From Myxococcota bacterium (GTDB lineage: Bacteria > Myxococcota_A > UBA796 > SXON01), in assembly GCA_040386535.1 (NCBI GenBank), contig JAZKFH010000084.1, forward strand, positions 1 through 64,000: DNA of 64,000 bases, given 5' to 3'. The notes under the pieces were generated by a model. That model searched no databases and was not told the DNA's origin. It was given only the letters and a program-made list of their open reading frames with translations. Position 1 is the stretch's first letter, and each line of letters begins with the position of its first letter. Both the position numbers and the translations under genes were made by a program. Shown in pieces: positions 41,374 to 53,037 of this stretch.

Positions 41374-42504
41374 ATGCGCTACCACGCCGATCCCTTCGCC
41401 CGCTCCGTCGCCACCTCCGTCCTCGCGTGCACGCCCGCGGGCGGCGGGTGGGACGTGACCCTGACCGACACCGTGCTCTACCCGGAAGGCGGCGGCCAAC
41501 CGGACGATCACGGCACGGTCGCGGGCCAGCGCGTGCTCGGGCTCCGCAAGGAGGGCGGCGCCGTCGTGCATCGGCTCGCGGCACCCGTGGAGGGCGCCGT
41601 CACCGTCGAGGTGGACTGGGCGCGGCGCTTCGACCACATGCAGCAGCACTCCGGGCAGCACCTGCTCTCCGCCATCGCCCACGATCGCTTCGGGCTCCCG
41701 ACGACCGCGTTCCACCTCGGCGCGGAGCGGTGCGCCATCGAGGTAGACGGCGACGGCGAGGTGGTCGCCGACACGCTCTCAGAGCTCGAGGCCGCGGTGA
41801 ACGAGGCCATCCGGGACGACCGCCCCGTGCACGTGCGCGAGGTGACGGTCGCGGAGATGGCGGCGCTCCCCGTGCGCACCCGCGGCCTGCCCGAGGGGTT
41901 CGTCGGCAGCGTGCGGCTCGTCGAGATCGCCGGCATCGACCTGAACACCTGCGGCGGCACCCACGTCGATCGCACCGGCCGCCTCCAGGCGATCAAGCTC
42001 CTCGGTGTCGAGCGGATGAAGCGGGGCACGCGCATCCCGTTCGTCGCAGGTGGCCGCGTGCTCGGGCTCCTCGGCGACACGCTCGCCCGCGAGGCCGCGC
42101 TCGTCCGCCTCCTGTCGTGCCCGCCCACCGAGCACGCCACCAGCGTGGCCCGCGCCCTCGACGAGACCCGGGCCTGGGCCAAGGCCGCCCGCGCCCTCTC
42201 CGCCGAGCTCGCCCACGCCATCGGCGGCGCGCTCCTCCCCACCGGCGACACCCTGCGCTGGCACCGCGACGACGCCGATCCCGCCTTCCTCAACGCCGTC
42301 GCCGACGCCGTCCGCGCCCGGTTCCCCGAGGTGGTGTGCGTCCTCACCGGTGGCGTGCGCGAGGGCGTGTTCCTCGTGGCGGGGCCCGACGCGCGGGTGG
42401 CGGCGCTCGGCCCCAAGGTGGCGGCCACGTTCGAGGGCCGGGGCGGCGGCGCGCGGGGCAAGTTCCAGGGCAAGGCGGCACGGGTGGACCGGCCGCTCGA
42501 CTGA
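41374..42504 (+). CDS. Alanyl-tRNA editing protein (AlaX family, with DHHA1-like tail)
   Basis: YPEGGGQP.D.G, RRFDHMQQHSGQHLLS, CGGTHV, GRGGG..FQG. Confidence 0.93.
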   Translation: MRYHADPFARSVATSVLACTPAGGGWDVTLTDTVLYPEGGGQPDDHGTVAGQRVLGLRKEGGAVVHRLAAPVEGAVTVEVDWARRFDHMQQHSGQHLLSAIAHDRFGLPTTAFHLGAERCAIEVDGDGEVVADTLSELEAAVNEAIRDDRPVHVREVTVAEMAALPVRTRGLPEGFVGSVRLVEIAGIDLNTCGGTHVDRTGRLQAIKLLGVERMKRGTRIPFVAGGRVLGLLGDTLAREAALVRLLSCPPTEHATSVARALDETRAWAKAARALSAELAHAIGGALLPTGDTLRWHRDDADPAFLNAVADAVRARFPEVVCVLTGGVREGVFLVAGPDARVAALGPKVAATFEGRGGGARGKFQGKAARVDRPLD

Positions 42505-42533
42505 CGGTGGGCGGCGCCCCGCCCGGAGCGGCG

Positions 42534-42645
42534 GGGCCGGGTGTCCTGCGGGCTCGCGGCAGAGCCGCTCGGTCGGCCGCGCCCGAGCCCGCGGCCGGAC
42601 CGGACCGCCGCGGCGGCGGCCCGCCCTCCGGCCCCCCTGCCGCGC
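42534..42645 (+). repeat. Dispersed multi-hairpin repeat family, copy 5
   Basis: GGGCCGGGTGTCCTGCGGGCTC-GCGGC aga GCCGC-TCGGTC..GGACCGG..CCGCCCTCCGG. Confidence 0.8.
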
Positions 42646-42678
42646 ATGCGGAGGGCACGGTTGTGCCACACTGGGGCG

Positions 42679-44102
42679 ATGCGCCACTTCCGCCTCGCGA
42701 AACCTGCCTCCCTGCTGCTTCCCCTGCTCCTCGTCGGCTGTGCCGGTGGCGCGGGGGACACCGGCGGGGCCGCGGACTCCGGGAGCGCTGCGGACGCCGA
42801 CACGGACACCGACACGGACACAGACACCGACACCGACACCGATACGGACACGGACACCGACACCGGGTGTTCGGAGCCGACGAACTGGTACGCGGACGCG
42901 GACGGCGACGGGTTCGGCAACGACGACGTTGTGGTGGCCTCGTGCGACCCCGTCGGTGGCTACGTCGCGGAGCCGGGAGACTGTGACGATGCCGCGGCCG
43001 CCGTGAACCCGATGGCGGCCGAGGTGGGGTGCAACGGCGTGGACGACAACTGCGACGGGGTGAGCGGCTGCCGCATGAGCGGGACCTACGGAGAGGCCGA
43101 GGGGGCGCTCCGGTTCTACGGCCCCGACATCGAGAAGGAGATGGAGAAGCTCTCGTCAGCCGTGGCCGGCGACTTCGACGGGGATGGCAGCGACGACCTC
43201 GCGCTCGGGAATCCCTGGCTGCTCAGCGGGTCTGGCCGTCCGGGGCAGGTGGGCCTCTGGTACGGCCCCGTCACTGCGGGTGGCACCCTCGACGACGCGG
43301 ACGAGCGGATCTCGGGCTCGGGGAGGGTGGACGGGGTCGGCCTGCACATGGCGGCGGGTGATCTCGACGGGGATGGTGCCGACGAGCTCATCGTCGTCGG
43401 CGCGGACCAGGGCGGCCGCATGTGGCTCTTCTACGGCGGCACGCGGGGCGGCGACCGCATGAGCGACGAGGCGGCGGCCGCCTGGTTCGGCGACGGCGAG
43501 ACGTACGAGAACCTCGGGTCGGCCGCCTCGGCGGGTGACCTCGACGGGGACGGCTTCGACGACTTCGTCGTCACCGGGGTGTACTCGGCGCTGGCCTTCG
43601 AGGACGGAGGCGCGGCGTGGCTCGTGTACGGCGGCGCCGCGCGCCGCTCGGGCGCCGCGCTCACCTACGCGGACGTGGACGCGATCGTGGGCGGCACGGC
43701 GGAGGGCGAGGGCCTCGGCGAGAGCGCCGCGGTGGTCCCGGACGTGAATGGCGACGGCATCGCCGACCTCGTCCTCAACACGGAACGGGAGCTGGGGTAC
43801 CTCGGGTGTCGGTGGCCTCGCCCGGGGATCTCGACGGCGACGGCTTCGATGAGATCTCCGTCGGCGCGCCGTACGCCGACTTCGAGGGCCACCTCGGCAG
43901 GGTCTCCGTCTTTTACGGCCCGCTCTCGGGGAGCATCCCGTTCACCACGGCCAACGCCACGCTCGGCGGCGATCGGCACACGTTTGTCGGGGGCGCCATC
44001 GCGTCCGGCGCGCACGATCTCACCGGTGACGGGTTGCTGGACGTGGTGAGCGTCTCCTTCCGGATCAACTCCGTCTACCTGTGGCCCGGGACCGACGAGT
44101 AA
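42679..44102 (+). pseudogene. FG-GAP/MopE-motif lipoprotein with a frameshift near 43805
   Basis: Lipobox LVGC, (DT)n at 42799-42864, GDxDGDG repeats; after GYLG the FG-GAP sequence (VSVASPGDLDGDGFDE..VGAPY) continues in another frame to the TAA at 44102. Confidence 0.75.
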
Positions 44103-44155
44103 CGCCGGAAGTGTTCACCACGCGTGAACACGTAGGTCGAGCGCGGCGACGACGC
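44103..44155 (+). repeat. Left arm of an imperfect inverted repeat pair, with internal palindrome GTTCAC-N5-GTGAAC
   Basis: 44103-44131 matches the reverse complement of 47473-47501 at 25/29 nt; weaker similarity continues inward. Confidence 0.7.
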
Positions 44156-44197
44156 CCGGGGCCCTTCACCTTACTTGCGGGGCCCCGGGATCCAATC

Positions 44198-45055
44198 ATG
44201 TTGTTCACGTTGTTGTCCTCCTTGTACGCGGTTGCCATCTTCGGCCTCCCGGCACTTGCCCTCTGGGGTGCGCTCCAACTCGCGCAGGGGAACACGCTCG
44301 TCGAGATCGTGGTGCTCGCTTTTGCTCCGATCGCCTACGCGCTCGGCTCCGGCGTCGTCGCGGGGGTGCTGAGCCGATTTCACCGCGCGCACGTCGTGGC
44401 AGGCAAGTTCTCCCGAGATCTTGCCAGCCGCCCCTACATGCACCGCCGCCTGTACGGGCTCTGCTGGACAGCCGTGTATTACTTCACCCCCGCCTACTTC
44501 CTCTGGCTCTCCCTGCCCGGGGGGAAACACGCCTTGTTCCGGCTGTTCGGATATCGCGGCCAGACCGCGTTCACGACCTATCCGGACACCTGGGTTCGGG
44601 ATCTGCCGCTGCTTGTGCTCGGGCGGGGCGCCTACCTCTCCAATCGTGCGACCATCGGCACCAACATCGTCCTGATGGGCGGGGAGATCCTCGTGGATTC
44701 GATCGAGGTCGGCGCCGACGCGATCGTGGGGCACTTGGCGATGTTGGCCCCGGGTGTGGTCGTGGGCGCTCGGGCCGAGATCGGCGTGGGCTGCGCGATC
44801 GGCATCAAGGTGACGATTGGAGAGGGCGCCCAATTCGGGCCAAACTGCTCCATCGAGCACGGCGCGGTGATCGGCGCCAATGCTCGCGTGGGGGTGTTGA
44901 CCTTCGTCGGCTCCGGCTCCGTGGTGGGTGCGGGCGTGGTCCTGCCCCCCCGCACGTTCGTTCCGCGCCGCACGAAGCTGCTCACCCAGGCGGACGCGGA
45001 CGCCCTCATCGCGGGCGCTGCGGGCGTGGGCGTTTCCGCTCGGTCCGCGGGGTAG
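44198..45055 (+). CDS. Membrane-anchored left-handed beta-helix (hexapeptide) acyltransferase-like protein
   Basis: Two N-terminal TM helices, then hexapeptide repeats (VGADAIVG, VGARAEIG, IGEGAQFG, IGANARVG). Confidence 0.82.
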   Translation: MLFTLLSSLYAVAIFGLPALALWGALQLAQGNTLVEIVVLAFAPIAYALGSGVVAGVLSRFHRAHVVAGKFSRDLASRPYMHRRLYGLCWTAVYYFTPAYFLWLSLPGGKHALFRLFGYRGQTAFTTYPDTWVRDLPLLVLGRGAYLSNRATIGTNIVLMGGEILVDSIEVGADAIVGHLAMLAPGVVVGARAEIGVGCAIGIKVTIGEGAQFGPNCSIEHGAVIGANARVGVLTFVGSGSVVGAGVVLPPRTFVPRRTKLLTQADADALIAGAAGVGVSARSAG

Positions 45056-45076
45056 CCGTCGCTCTTGGGCGCTCGT

Positions 45077-47377
<2,301 letters not shown>

Positions 47378-47448
47378 GAAGGCTCCAGGATGACGTTCAC
47401 ACCCACCGAAGCCCGGCGGGGTTCCTCCCGTAGCGTGCGTGTCTCGAC

Positions 47449-47501
47449 GCGTCGCTGCCACGCGCGCGTTGAGCGTTCACGCGGTGTGAACACTTTCGGC
47501 G
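47449..47501 (-). repeat. Right arm of the inverted repeat pair (partner of 44103-44155)
   Basis: Minus strand CGCCGAAAGTGTTCACACCGCGTGAACGC. Confidence 0.7.
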
Positions 47502-47775
47502 GGCGGTGGAGGCTGGCGGCGCGGCGCTCGGGAAACGGGGTCATGTGCCCGCGAACGCACGTTTGGGCGAGTCATGTGCCCGTGAGTGAGCAGAACGCCA
47601 CCTCCGACGGCCCGCGCTTTCGAAAAATCATGCTTCGTCCGTAGCGGCCATCCCGAGAAGGGGTGAGAAACGGCGTTCGGGGTGACATGGCTTCCAAATC
47701 GCTTCATTCACGGGGGCATGGGTCCCGCGTCGCGGACGCGCCGCTGTGAACGCCGCCCTTCGCCAGCCCGGACGC

Positions 47776-48735
47776 CTACGGTCTGCTGCTCGGGTCCAAC
47801 GGATTCGTGCCCGCGGCAAGCTCGTCGCCGTCGGTCGCCCCGTCGCCGTCGCTGTCGTCGTCGTAGAGGCTCGTTCCGCGCGCCACCTCGTCCCCGTCGT
47901 CGAGGCCGTCGTCGTCCGAGTCCGGATCGAAGGGGTCGCGCTCTTCGTCGTTCGAGAGCCCGTCCCCGTCCGCGTCGGCGCGGATGTCGTAGACGGCGTC
48001 CTCGTCCGGATCGGCGTCGCTGTCGATGTCCCAGGCGCAGGTGGCGCCGCGGAAGCCGAGCGTGAAGGTGCCCGCCAGGCGAAGCAGATCGTCGTCGATG
48101 CGCGCGGTGAACGTCCCGTCGACGCCCCGGTCGCCGTCGGAGTGCGTGCACGTGACGTCGAGCCCGTCGTTGTCGCAGGTCAGGGGAAACGTGTAGGCGA
48201 ACACGTGGTCGAAGGACAGGTCGCCGGTGAACGCGATGGTGCCGTTCGTCTCGAGCTCCAGTCGGTACGAGGGGAGGCCCCCGATGTCGGCGCACAGCTC
48301 GCCCGTCGAGCCGGTCACCCCCAGGACCCAACTCTCGCTCCGGAACGCGCGATCCGACGGAACGGGCGTGCCGTCGTCACACGCCGCGGACGCCGGATGG
48401 GTGAGGTGGGCCTCCGTCATCGCCGCGGCGCACGCGGCCTCGCAGATCGCGACCGAATCCGCGTCGTCCCAGCAGACGCTCCCGTCGCCGTACTCTTCCA
48501 CCGCGCTCGCGGCCGCCTCCGGCGTGACGTCCGCCACGCAGGCCACGTAGGCGTCGCACGCCGGGTGGTCGATCGGCTCCACGTCGGTGTCGCCGCCGTC
48601 GGTGTCCCCGCTGTCGGTGTCCCCGCCGTCGGTGTCCCCGCCCGCCGTCTCCTCCTCCGCTCCTCCGTCCCGCCCGCCGGCGCAGGCGAGGGACAACGCG
48701 AGGCAGGACACGAAGAACAGGGGGAGTCGGGCCAT
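47776..48735 (-). CDS. Lipoprotein with C-terminal thrombospondin type-3-like Ca-binding repeats
   Basis: Lipobox SLAC; (GGDTD)n linker; DADGDGLSN.EE, DSDDDGLDDGDE, DSDGDG.TDGDE..GTNPLDP. Confidence 0.82.
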   Translation of the reverse strand: MARLPLFFVSCLALSLACAGGRDGGAEEETAGGDTDGGDTDSGDTDGGDTDVEPIDHPACDAYVACVADVTPEAAASAVEEYGDGSVCWDDADSVAICEAACAAAMTEAHLTHPASAACDDGTPVPSDRAFRSESWVLGVTGSTGELCADIGGLPSYRLELETNGTIAFTGDLSFDHVFAYTFPLTCDNDGLDVTCTHSDGDRGVDGTFTARIDDDLLRLAGTFTLGFRGATCAWDIDSDADPDEDAVYDIRADADGDGLSNDEERDPFDPDSDDDGLDDGDEVARGTSLYDDDSDGDGATDGDELAAGTNPLDPSSRP

Positions 48736-48889
48736 GGGAGCTCGGGGAAGCGGCTCCGTATACCCCGGGCGTGGCCGCAACCGCGCTTGCGAGTGCACTT
48801 GCGGCCGCTCCTTCCCTCGCGGTGGCCCGCCGCGCTCGCAGACCGTGCTTGTCCTGCGTGGCACGATCGCAAGCCCACGCGAGCAGCGC

Positions 48890-49870
48890 CTACCGCCCCG
48901 CCTCGACCCCAAACAAGTACGCCGGTGACTGCAAGACCTGCGCCGCGTCGTTCTTGGCGACAGCGTCCTCGCAGGCCGTGAGCAGCTCCTGGGCGGTCGC
49001 GTGGAACAGACCACCCTGACGCGAGCGGTCTTCGAGCGCGTAGGACACACCCAGGGCGGAGGCGGTTTCGCGCTCGATCGGCGAGCCGTGGTGTTGGGGG
49101 TTGCGCCAGGCGGTGTCGGCCCAACTCTTCACCGCGGCGCCGACGCCCGCGTAGGTGGCTGCGGCCTCGCCGAGATCAGTGGAGCCCATGGTGAGGAAGG
49201 CGCCGGCGAGGCAGTCGGCTACGAGCTCGGTGCGGCGCACGGTGACCTCGCCGCGGAAGCGGTCGCCCAGCCAATATTGGACCTGGTGCCCGAACTCGTG
49301 CGCCGCGAGCGCGTCGAGGCTCACGACGTTTCCGCCGTCCAGGCGCAGCAGCGCGCCCAGGGAGCTCGCGTCGTAGAAGATGTAGCCCGAGGAGGTGGCG
49401 ACGCCGCCTCCGTCCCCGGCGGTCAGGTAGGGGGCCACGCAAACGTGGCGCGTGGCGGCGTCCGGGTCGTTTGCCAGGGAGAGCAGCCGGTAGACGCGGC
49501 CGAGCGCCTCCACGACGCGGGCGTTGAGCGCTTCAGCGGTCCACACCTGGTCGCCGACAGGGAAGACGGGCTGGGCGGCGGGGATGATGGCGAGCGCCGT
49601 GCCTTGGCTCTGCGCAGTGACCGCGGCGAGCGCGGCGTCGAGCGGCGCGCGGTCGCAGCGCTGCCCGTCGTACACGCTGAACGCGCCGGACTCGCGCACG
49701 CCCGCCGCGAACTTCTCCGCGGGGGTGCGGCCGAAGAGCTGATCGGGCGGCGCGAGGGTGGTCACGCCGACGGCGCCGCGGTTTGCGAGGGGCGCCGGCT
49801 CGGCGGGCGGCGTCGGCTCGTCCGGTGAGAGCCAATCACAACCCTGGAGTAGGAGAAGGGAGACGAGCAT
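48890..49870 (-). CDS. Neutral zinc metallopeptidase-like lipoprotein
   Basis: Lipobox LQGC; AHEFGHQVQ, ELVADCLAG, HGSP..R. Confidence 0.85.
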   Translation of the reverse strand: MLVSLLLLQGCDWLSPDEPTPPAEPAPLANRGAVGVTTLAPPDQLFGRTPAEKFAAGVRESGAFSVYDGQRCDRAPLDAALAAVTAQSQGTALAIIPAAQPVFPVGDQVWTAEALNARVVEALGRVYRLLSLANDPDAATRHVCVAPYLTAGDGGGVATSSGYIFYDASSLGALLRLDGGNVVSLDALAAHEFGHQVQYWLGDRFRGEVTVRRTELVADCLAGAFLTMGSTDLGEAAATYAGVGAAVKSWADTAWRNPQHHGSPIERETASALGVSYALEDRSRQGGLFHATAQELLTACEDAVAKNDAAQVLQSPAYLFGVEAGR

Positions 49871-49917
49871 GCGGACCTCCGGCGTGACCCATCCTACTCC
49901 ATGCCGCGGCGCGCGTG

Positions 49918-51042
49918 TCACCCCCCATCCAACACCAACCCCTCCCCAACCCCATACCGCCGCTTCACCCCGTCCACCCCGAACACGTACACGCCGTCGT
50001 GCTCACCGACACTTGTCGCGGTGTGCGCTGCCAAATCGACGTGCAGGTACGACTCGCGATTCAGGCCTACACACAGGCGGTCGCCGAAGCGGCGGGACAG
50101 GTAGGCGAGGTTGTCCGGGTCGTCCGTGTGGATGCGGTCCATGCAGTGTGGCAGCACTTGCAGGCCGCCTACCAGGCCGAGGCCGCGGTCGAGCAGCTGG
50201 AAGTGGCGCCGCTGCGGGTCGTCGCTGCCGTCGTCGAACACGATCATGCGCTCGCACAACACCAGCGCGCCCGCCGAGGAGGCCACGAACGTGGCGCCGC
50301 GCCGGAGCGTCTCGAGCAAGGCGGGCTGCAGATCGTAGAAGCGCAGCGGCTCCAGCAACGACATCGGGTTGCCCCCGAAGAGCAGGATCACGTCGGCCGC
50401 GAGGATGCGCTGGGAGAGCGATTCCCGCTCCGCCTGCCACTCGGCGTCGTGGCGCAGGCCGGTGCGCGCGAGCAGTTGTTGCTCGGCTTGGGTCAACGCT
50501 TCGAGCATGCGCTCGTCGTTTTGCACGAGCGTGTCGATCGAGGCGAGGATCTCCCTGCCGAAGGCCTGCGCGAGCATCTGCGGGCCGGTGCGTACGGCGT
50601 CGGGGCGCACGGACTCGCGGAGGGAGAGGCCGCCGAGCTTGAACGTACCTGCGTTCGTACGCGCGAGGCCCACCGCGGTGCGCACCATGTCGGCGTCGAA
50701 GCCGGTGCGCTCGAGGTACCAGGCGCGCAGGGTCTCCCGGGCGGCGTCGATCTCCGCGTGCACGGCGGCCACCTCCTCCCGGCGGGCCAGGAACGCCTGC
50801 CAAACGTGCCACGCGCACAGGTTCTCGACCGCTTGGGTCTCGCCGTCGTCAAGCGTGTGGCGCACGCCCACCTGGTACAGCGCCTCCTTGATCGGCCCCT
50901 CGTCGTACTCGCCGGGCCCCCACGCCGCGGTCACCACGAGCACCCGCGGCGCGCGCCCGCCGGCCGAGCCGAGCACCCACGGCGCCACGCGCTCGATCAT
51001 CTCCGAACCGCCATTTCCATTGAAAACGATACGTCCGCGCAC
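49918..51042 (-). CDS. Peptidase S51/cyanophycinase-like (class I glutamine amidotransferase fold) protein
   Basis: GGAGG + GTG start; VLVVTAAW, ILLFGGN, ASSAGAL nucleophile, GLGLV..LPH. Confidence 0.85.
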   Translation of the reverse strand: MRGRIVFNGNGGSEMIERVAPWVLGSAGGRAPRVLVVTAAWGPGEYDEGPIKEALYQVGVRHTLDDGETQAVENLCAWHVWQAFLARREEVAAVHAEIDAARETLRAWYLERTGFDADMVRTAVGLARTNAGTFKLGGLSLRESVRPDAVRTGPQMLAQAFGREILASIDTLVQNDERMLEALTQAEQQLLARTGLRHDAEWQAERESLSQRILAADVILLFGGNPMSLLEPLRFYDLQPALLETLRRGATFVASSAGALVLCERMIVFDDGSDDPQRRHFQLLDRGLGLVGGLQVLPHCMDRIHTDDPDNLAYLSRRFGDRLCVGLNRESYLHVDLAAHTATSVGEHDGVYVFGVDGVKRRYGVGEGLVLDGG

Positions 51043-51170
51043 GGGACCTCCGGGTTGGGGGGCGTATCCGCTCGCGCGTCTCTCCGGGACCCGGCGTCCA
51101 GCAACGCGCCACCTGCCGGTCAGGTCCGGCGTTGTTGGGCTCCCCGGGCGCGTCCCTGGCGCGGACGCCA

Positions 51171-51276
51171 GGGCCGGACCCTTCCAGGCTTCGCGGCAAG
51201 CCGCTCGGTCGGCCGGGCCCGGGCGCCCGTCCGGACCGGCCGCGCCGGGCGCGTCCGCCCTCCAGGCGCCTCGCGC
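51171..51276 (+). repeat. Dispersed multi-hairpin repeat family, copy 6
   Basis: GGGCCGGACCCTTCCAGGCTTC-GCGGC aa GCCGC-TCGGTC..GGACCGGCC..CCGCCCTCCAGGCGCCTCGCGC. Confidence 0.8.
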
Positions 51277-51339
51277 ACGGAACCACACGATGGAGGCGGA
51301 TCTCCTCCGAGTACACGGATCCGCGGCTACACTCCCCCA

Positions 51340-53028
51340 ATGCCCTCCTGCCGGCGCGCCGCCCGCGACCTCGCCCGCCTCGCCCGCGCCTGTGGCATCG
51401 CGGCCGCCGCCGGCCCGGGGTGTTTCCTCGTCTGCGACTCGAACAAGACCCACACCGTGACCGAGACCGGATTCGCCGCCGAGCTCGAATGGTTCACGAC
51501 GCCCGCGCCGGGCGGGCCGTTCACCGGGTCGTGGCGGAGCGGCCCCGCGATCGAGCTGGTGGGCCCCGCGGGCGCCGCGCGCTCCGTGGACGACGGCGCC
51601 ACGTGGGCGGCCATCTCCGGGCTCCCCGCGGGCCTCGGCGCCATCGCCACCGGGAGCGGGGCGGAGCGCTGGATGGTGGGCGCCGGCGGGCTCGCCGGGG
51701 TGTGGCGCTACGAGGGCTTCGCGCCGGGTACCACCGGCACCACCGCCGATCTGCACGACCTGTCCACCTACGCGGGCTTCGGCGGCGTGGCCGTCGGCAC
51801 CGAGGGCACCGTGCTCACCACGGCGGACGGCGTGACATGGGCTGCCGACCCCGACGTCGCCGCGCTCCTCGGCGCGCCCGCCCCCACGCTGTACGCGGCT
51901 GATCTCCTCTCCGACGGCACCCTCTGGATCGTGGGCGAGGGCGGCCTCGTCCTCCATCGCGCCGACGACGGCTGGGAGGTGGTCGATCTCGGGACGGACG
52001 CCGATCTGCACGACGTCGCCTTCGCCAGCCCGAGCCGCGGCATGGTGGCGGGGAACGACGGGGCGGTGTTCCGCACAGACGACGGGGGCGCCACGTGGGT
52101 GGCCGCGCCCGCGCCCGGCACCATCCACGCGCTCGTGTACGTCGGCACAGCCGACGAGCCGGTGCGGTGGGCCACCGGCCCCGACGGCGTGGTGTGGTCG
52201 TTCGACGGCGGCGCGTGGCACGAGGAGGCACGCACGGCGGACGGCTCCGCGCTCACGACGATCGCCGACGCGGGCGACCTGAACCTCGCCGCCGGAACGG
52301 GCCCCGAGGCGCTGGTCCTCGGCTGGGTGGAGCACGGGTTCACGGAGCAGTTCGAGCGGTCCAGCTGCCCGGAGTACGTCGGGCGCCCCTACGTCGTGGA
52401 GGGCGCCGCCCGTGTCGCGCCGGTGTTCCCCGCTGACACCGACCACGCGGATCCCCGCTGGCTCCGCCAGGCCCAGGAGGAGCACGCGTCCATCGCCGCG
52501 TTCGCCCGCTTCGCGCGGCAGCTCCGCGCGCTCGGCGCCCCCGCCGCCCTCGTGGCTGACGCGCTCGCCGCCCAGGTCGACGAGGCGCGCCACGCGGCGC
52601 TCGCCCTCGCGATGGCCGGCGGCGGCACCCTCGGCGCGCTCGACACCGTCGACGACCTCGTTCCCGTCTCGCTCCTCGCGCTGGCCCTGGCCAACGCCCG
52701 CGAGGGATGTATCGTCGAGACCGCCGCCGCCTTCGCCGCGATGGAGGCCGCGGGGACCGCCGCTACTCCGGAGGAGCGCCGCGTGTGGCGCACGATCGCC
52801 CGCGACGAGACCCGCCACGCCGCGCTCGCCTGGCGTTTCCTCCGCTGGGCGATCGCCGTGGATCCCGCCGTCCACGACGCGGTCGCGCCGCTGTTCGTGC
52901 GCCGCCCGGCCAGCGTGCCGGTCTCGGTGTGGGAGCAGGTCATCCTGCCCGCGGTGCGCACCATGCGCGCGGTGTCACCCGTCGCGGAGAGGTGGCGCGC
53001 CGAGTTGGTTTCGCCTCGTTTGTCGTAG
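51340..53028 (+). CDS. BNR/YCF48-like beta-propeller fused to a ferritin-like (di-metal) domain
   Basis: SVDDGATW, TADGVTW, TDDGGATW repeats; CPEYVGRP junction; EHAS..FARF, DEARHA, EGCIVET, DETRHA. Confidence 0.85.
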   Translation: MPSCRRAARDLARLARACGIAAAAGPGCFLVCDSNKTHTVTETGFAAELEWFTTPAPGGPFTGSWRSGPAIELVGPAGAARSVDDGATWAAISGLPAGLGAIATGSGAERWMVGAGGLAGVWRYEGFAPGTTGTTADLHDLSTYAGFGGVAVGTEGTVLTTADGVTWAADPDVAALLGAPAPTLYAADLLSDGTLWIVGEGGLVLHRADDGWEVVDLGTDADLHDVAFASPSRGMVAGNDGAVFRTDDGGATWVAAPAPGTIHALVYVGTADEPVRWATGPDGVVWSFDGGAWHEEARTADGSALTTIADAGDLNLAAGTGPEALVLGWVEHGFTEQFERSSCPEYVGRPYVVEGAARVAPVFPADTDHADPRWLRQAQEEHASIAAFARFARQLRALGAPAALVADALAAQVDEARHAALALAMAGGGTLGALDTVDDLVPVSLLALALANAREGCIVETAAAFAAMEAAGTAATPEERRVWRTIARDETRHAALAWRFLRWAIAVDPAVHDAVAPLFVRRPASVPVSVWEQVILPAVRTMRAVSPVAERWRAELVSPRLS

Positions 53029-53037
53029 CAGCCGCCG

